DNA of 64,000 nt from NCBI GenBank assembly GCA_902776955.1, contig CACYSG010000003.1, positions 30,184 through 94,183 of the forward strand, in the 5' to 3' direction. The translations under genes and the position numbers were made by a program. Below the pieces are notes generated by a model. That model had not been told where the DNA came from. It saw only the letters and a list, made by a program, of their open reading frames with translations, and ran no database searches. Positions 61,460 through 64,000 of the stretch are shown here, piece by piece. The DNA is from an uncultured Bacteroidales bacterium (GTDB lineage: Bacteria > Bacteroidota > Bacteroidia > Bacteroidales > Muribaculaceae). How positions within the stretch are numbered: the first letter of the stretch is position 1; the number at the start of each line of letters is the position of its first letter.

Positions 61460-62176
61460 ATGCTAGAAAGCATCTATAACCAAATCGTCAGCCCTGAAGT
61501 TAACCTGGTTGGGGCCATCACAAAACTTGTATTGAGTCTCATTTTGGGCGCAATCATCGGTATCGAACGCCGCCGAAAGGGCCAGATTGCCGGGTTGCGG
61601 ACGTTTGCCCTCATCTCGATGGGAGCCACGCTCGCCATGCTCATTTCCATATACATTCCCCAGGCCTACTTGGGGTTGAAAAACGGCGACCCCGGCCGCA
61701 TTGCGGCTCAGGTGGTGAGCGGCGTGGGTTTCCTGGGCGCGGGAGCCATTATCCAGATGAAAGGCTCGGTGCGCGGCCTGACGACGGCTGCCGGCATCTG
61801 GATGACCGCCTGTATCGGTCTTGCCGTCGGCGCGGGTCTGTTCCTCATCTCCATCATCACCACGATACTCATCATCTTTATCCTGGTGAACATTGAGCGC
61901 ATTGAGCATCGTCACAATTTCCTGTGGGAGTCCAAGATTATCCGAGTCAAGGTGCATGGCATTCTTGACGATATCCAGCCCGTGCGCGACATCATCAAGA
62001 GCAACGACGTTCACATCAGCGACGAATTCATGAAATATGACTATAACAGTCAAGAGAGTATCATCAACTTCATGGTGCGCAGCAAGAGCACCGTTAACGT
62101 TCCGGCCATGTTCAATGCCATCAAGCAAAGGTGTGATGCCATCTCCATCACCATCACTAACGAGATGAACATGTAA
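61460..62176 (+). CDS. MgtC/SapB family membrane protein
   Basis: GAIIGIER, AGLRTF, DPGRIAAQVVSGVGFLGAG, GLTTAA; start reassigned to MLESIY. Confidence 0.92.
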   Translation: MLESIYNQIVSPEVNLVGAITKLVLSLILGAIIGIERRRKGQIAGLRTFALISMGATLAMLISIYIPQAYLGLKNGDPGRIAAQVVSGVGFLGAGAIIQMKGSVRGLTTAAGIWMTACIGLAVGAGLFLISIITTILIIFILVNIERIEHRHNFLWESKIIRVKVHGILDDIQPVRDIIKSNDVHISDEFMKYDYNSQESIINFMVRSKSTVNVPAMFNAIKQRCDAISITITNEMNM

Positions 62177-62238
62177 CGAGGAATTAAGGTAGATAGCGGT
62201 AATCGCGTAATTAGCATTCAAAGATTGAAACAACAGGA

Positions 62239-64000
62239 ATGGAATCATTGGATATCAATAGCTTGATTAGCGACCTGGCCCTTATCCTGGTATTGGGAGC
62301 CGTGGCGACAGTCGTTTTCAAGATGCTTAAGCAACCCATTGTGTTAGGCTATATCGTGGCCGGTTTTTTGGCAAGCCCTCATTTCACCCTTCTCCCATCG
62401 GTGGCCGTCGAGGCCAACATCGAGTTTTGGGCTCAGATTGGTATCATCGTCCTCTTGTTCTCGTTGGGACTGGAGTTCAGTTTTAAGAAACTCATCGACG
62501 TGGGTGGCTCGGCCATCTTGACGGCGCTGATTATTGTGCTGGGTATGATGAGTTTGGGATTCATTGTGGGTAAATACCTGGGCTACGGCCTAGTGAACAG
62601 CATTTTCCTAGGTGGCATGATTTCCATGTCGTCAACCACCATTATTCTCAAGGCCTTGACCGACTTGAACATGCGCCAGCGACGATTCGTTCCCATGACG
62701 TTTGCCGTGCTGATTGTCGAGGACCTGTTTGCCGTCGTGATGATGGTAATCCTGTCGTCTATCGCCCTGAACAACAGTGTCAAGGGCAGCGAGATGGTGG
62801 GCAGCATCCTGAAACTGTCGTTTTTCCTGATCATGTGGTTTACGGTGGGCATTTTTATCATTCCCACGTTGTTCAAGCGTTTCAAGCGATACATCAGCGA
62901 CGAGCAGATGCTCATCATCGCTATGGGTCTGTGCTTCGCGATGGTGCTGTTCTCGGTGAAATCCGGTTTTTCGGCGGCATTGGGAGCCTTTGTTATGGGT
63001 TCGATTCTTGCCGGCACTATCGAGGCCGAACGCATCGAGCGCTTGATTTCGCCCGTTAAGGACCTGTTCGGCGCCGTTTTCTTCATCTCGGTGGGCATGA
63101 TGGTCAACCCCACGGTGATGACCAAGCACTGGAGTGTTATTGCCCTGCTGGCCACGGTGGTCATTGTGGGCATGATAGTGTTTGGCACCTTCGGCATGCT
63201 GGCCACCGGTCAACCGCTCAAGCTGGCTATGGAATCAGGATTCTCGCTGACCCAAATCGGTGAGTTCTCGTTCATTATCGCCACGTTGGGAACGGGCCTT
63301 GGCGTGCTCGACAAGAGCGTTTATCCTATCATTGTGGCCGTTTCGGTGATCACCACGTTCACCACCCCGTTCTTTATCAAACAGGCCGAACCGTGCTATA
63401 ACGCGCTATATAAAGTATTGCCCAAGAGTTGGACCCGCCTGCTCAACGGCTACAGTCACAATGCCAGCGAGAGTGAATCAAGCGATACGGCGCTCATGTG
63501 GAATTCCATCGTCAAGCGCTATGTGATTCGCCTCGTTATTTATTCAGTCATCATCATCGCTCTAATCACGTTGTGCCGCACTTACCTGATGCCCTTGTCG
63601 ATGACTTGGTTGGGTGGCGGCGTGATGGCAAGGCTGGCAAGTGTGGGCGTCAGCATTCTCATTATTCTTCCTCTCATTTTGTCCATCATTTTGCCAACGG
63701 TCAAGCGTTCGGAATACGAGAGCCTGGTTAAGACCAATGGCCGTGCATCCTATGTTCCGATGGTGGTGATGATGATTATCAGTGTGGTTTTGTCTATCGG
63801 CTATATAGCAACGATGCTGGATGGAATCTACTCAAGTGCTTCGTCGGTCATCGCTGCTGTGTTGCTTGTACTAGCCGGTTTGGTAGTCATGGTGGTCGTT
63901 CCCACACCGTTGCGCCGGCGTATCCAAAACATTGAACGGCGCTTTGTGAGCAACATCAATGAGCGTGAAAACCGCCGTACGGGACACGAGAACAACCTGG
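62239..64000 (+). CDS. CPA2-family cation:proton antiporter (runs off window)
   Basis: Manual translation MESLDINSLISDLALIL..KQPIVLGYIVAG..LLFSLGLEFS..SMSSTTII..LIVEDL..QIGEFSFII. Confidence 0.9.
   Translation, partial: MESLDINSLISDLALILVLGAVATVVFKMLKQPIVLGYIVAGFLASPHFTLLPSVAVEANIEFWAQIGIIVLLFSLGLEFSFKKLIDVGGSAILTALIIVLGMMSLGFIVGKYLGYGLVNSIFLGGMISMSSTTIILKALTDLNMRQRRFVPMTFAVLIVEDLFAVVMMVILSSIALNNSVKGSEMVGSILKLSFFLIMWFTVGIFIIPTLFKRFKRYISDEQMLIIAMGLCFAMVLFSVKSGFSAALGAFVMGSILAGTIEAERIERLISPVKDLFGAVFFISVGMMVNPTVMTKHWSVIALLATVVIVGMIVFGTFGMLATGQPLKLAMESGFSLTQIGEFSFIIATLGTGLGVLDKSVYPIIVAVSVITTFTTPFFIKQAEPCYNALYKVLPKSWTRLLNGYSHNASESESSDTALMWNSIVKRYVIRLVIYSVIIIALITLCRTYLMPLSMTWLGGGVMARLASVGVSILIILPLILSIILPTVKRSEYESLVKTNGRASYVPMVVMMIISVVLSIGYIATMLDGIYSSASSVIAAVLLVLAGLVVMVVVPTPLRRRIQNIERRFVSNINERENRRTGHENNL

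Overview
Chromosomal window from a Bacteroidales bacterium, probably Muribaculaceae/Prevotellaceae-like (TAnnTTTG promoters, dockerin-like C-terminal domains). Most of it is housekeeping: partial uvrB, a glycine-cleavage operon (lplA-gcvT fusion, gcvH, gcvPA, frameshifted gcvPB, lpdA), dnaG, nhaD, an amidase, GH20, DPP III, rlmI, rseP, dxr, tricorn protease, lepA, a Pif1-like helicase, an ABC exporter pair, a transglutaminase-domain protein, trxA, dnaE, threonine aldolase, mgtC and a partial CPA2 antiporter. Two loci stand out. (1) A lone RepA/AAA_25 helicase with a probable C-terminal winged helix (34957-36021) lies between two directly repeated, strand-switching TTCCAC/GTGGAA iteron-like arrays, with no integrase or primase. 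(2) A RAYT-type HUH tyrosine transposase fused to a DprA/SLOG-like domain (511-1482) is flanked by its own covarying REP-like hairpins. The intergenic DNA also holds at least four more palindromic or MITE-like repeat families, and 7/9-mer tandem arrays just after stop codons. All family calls come from motifs recognised by eye; no database searches were run.
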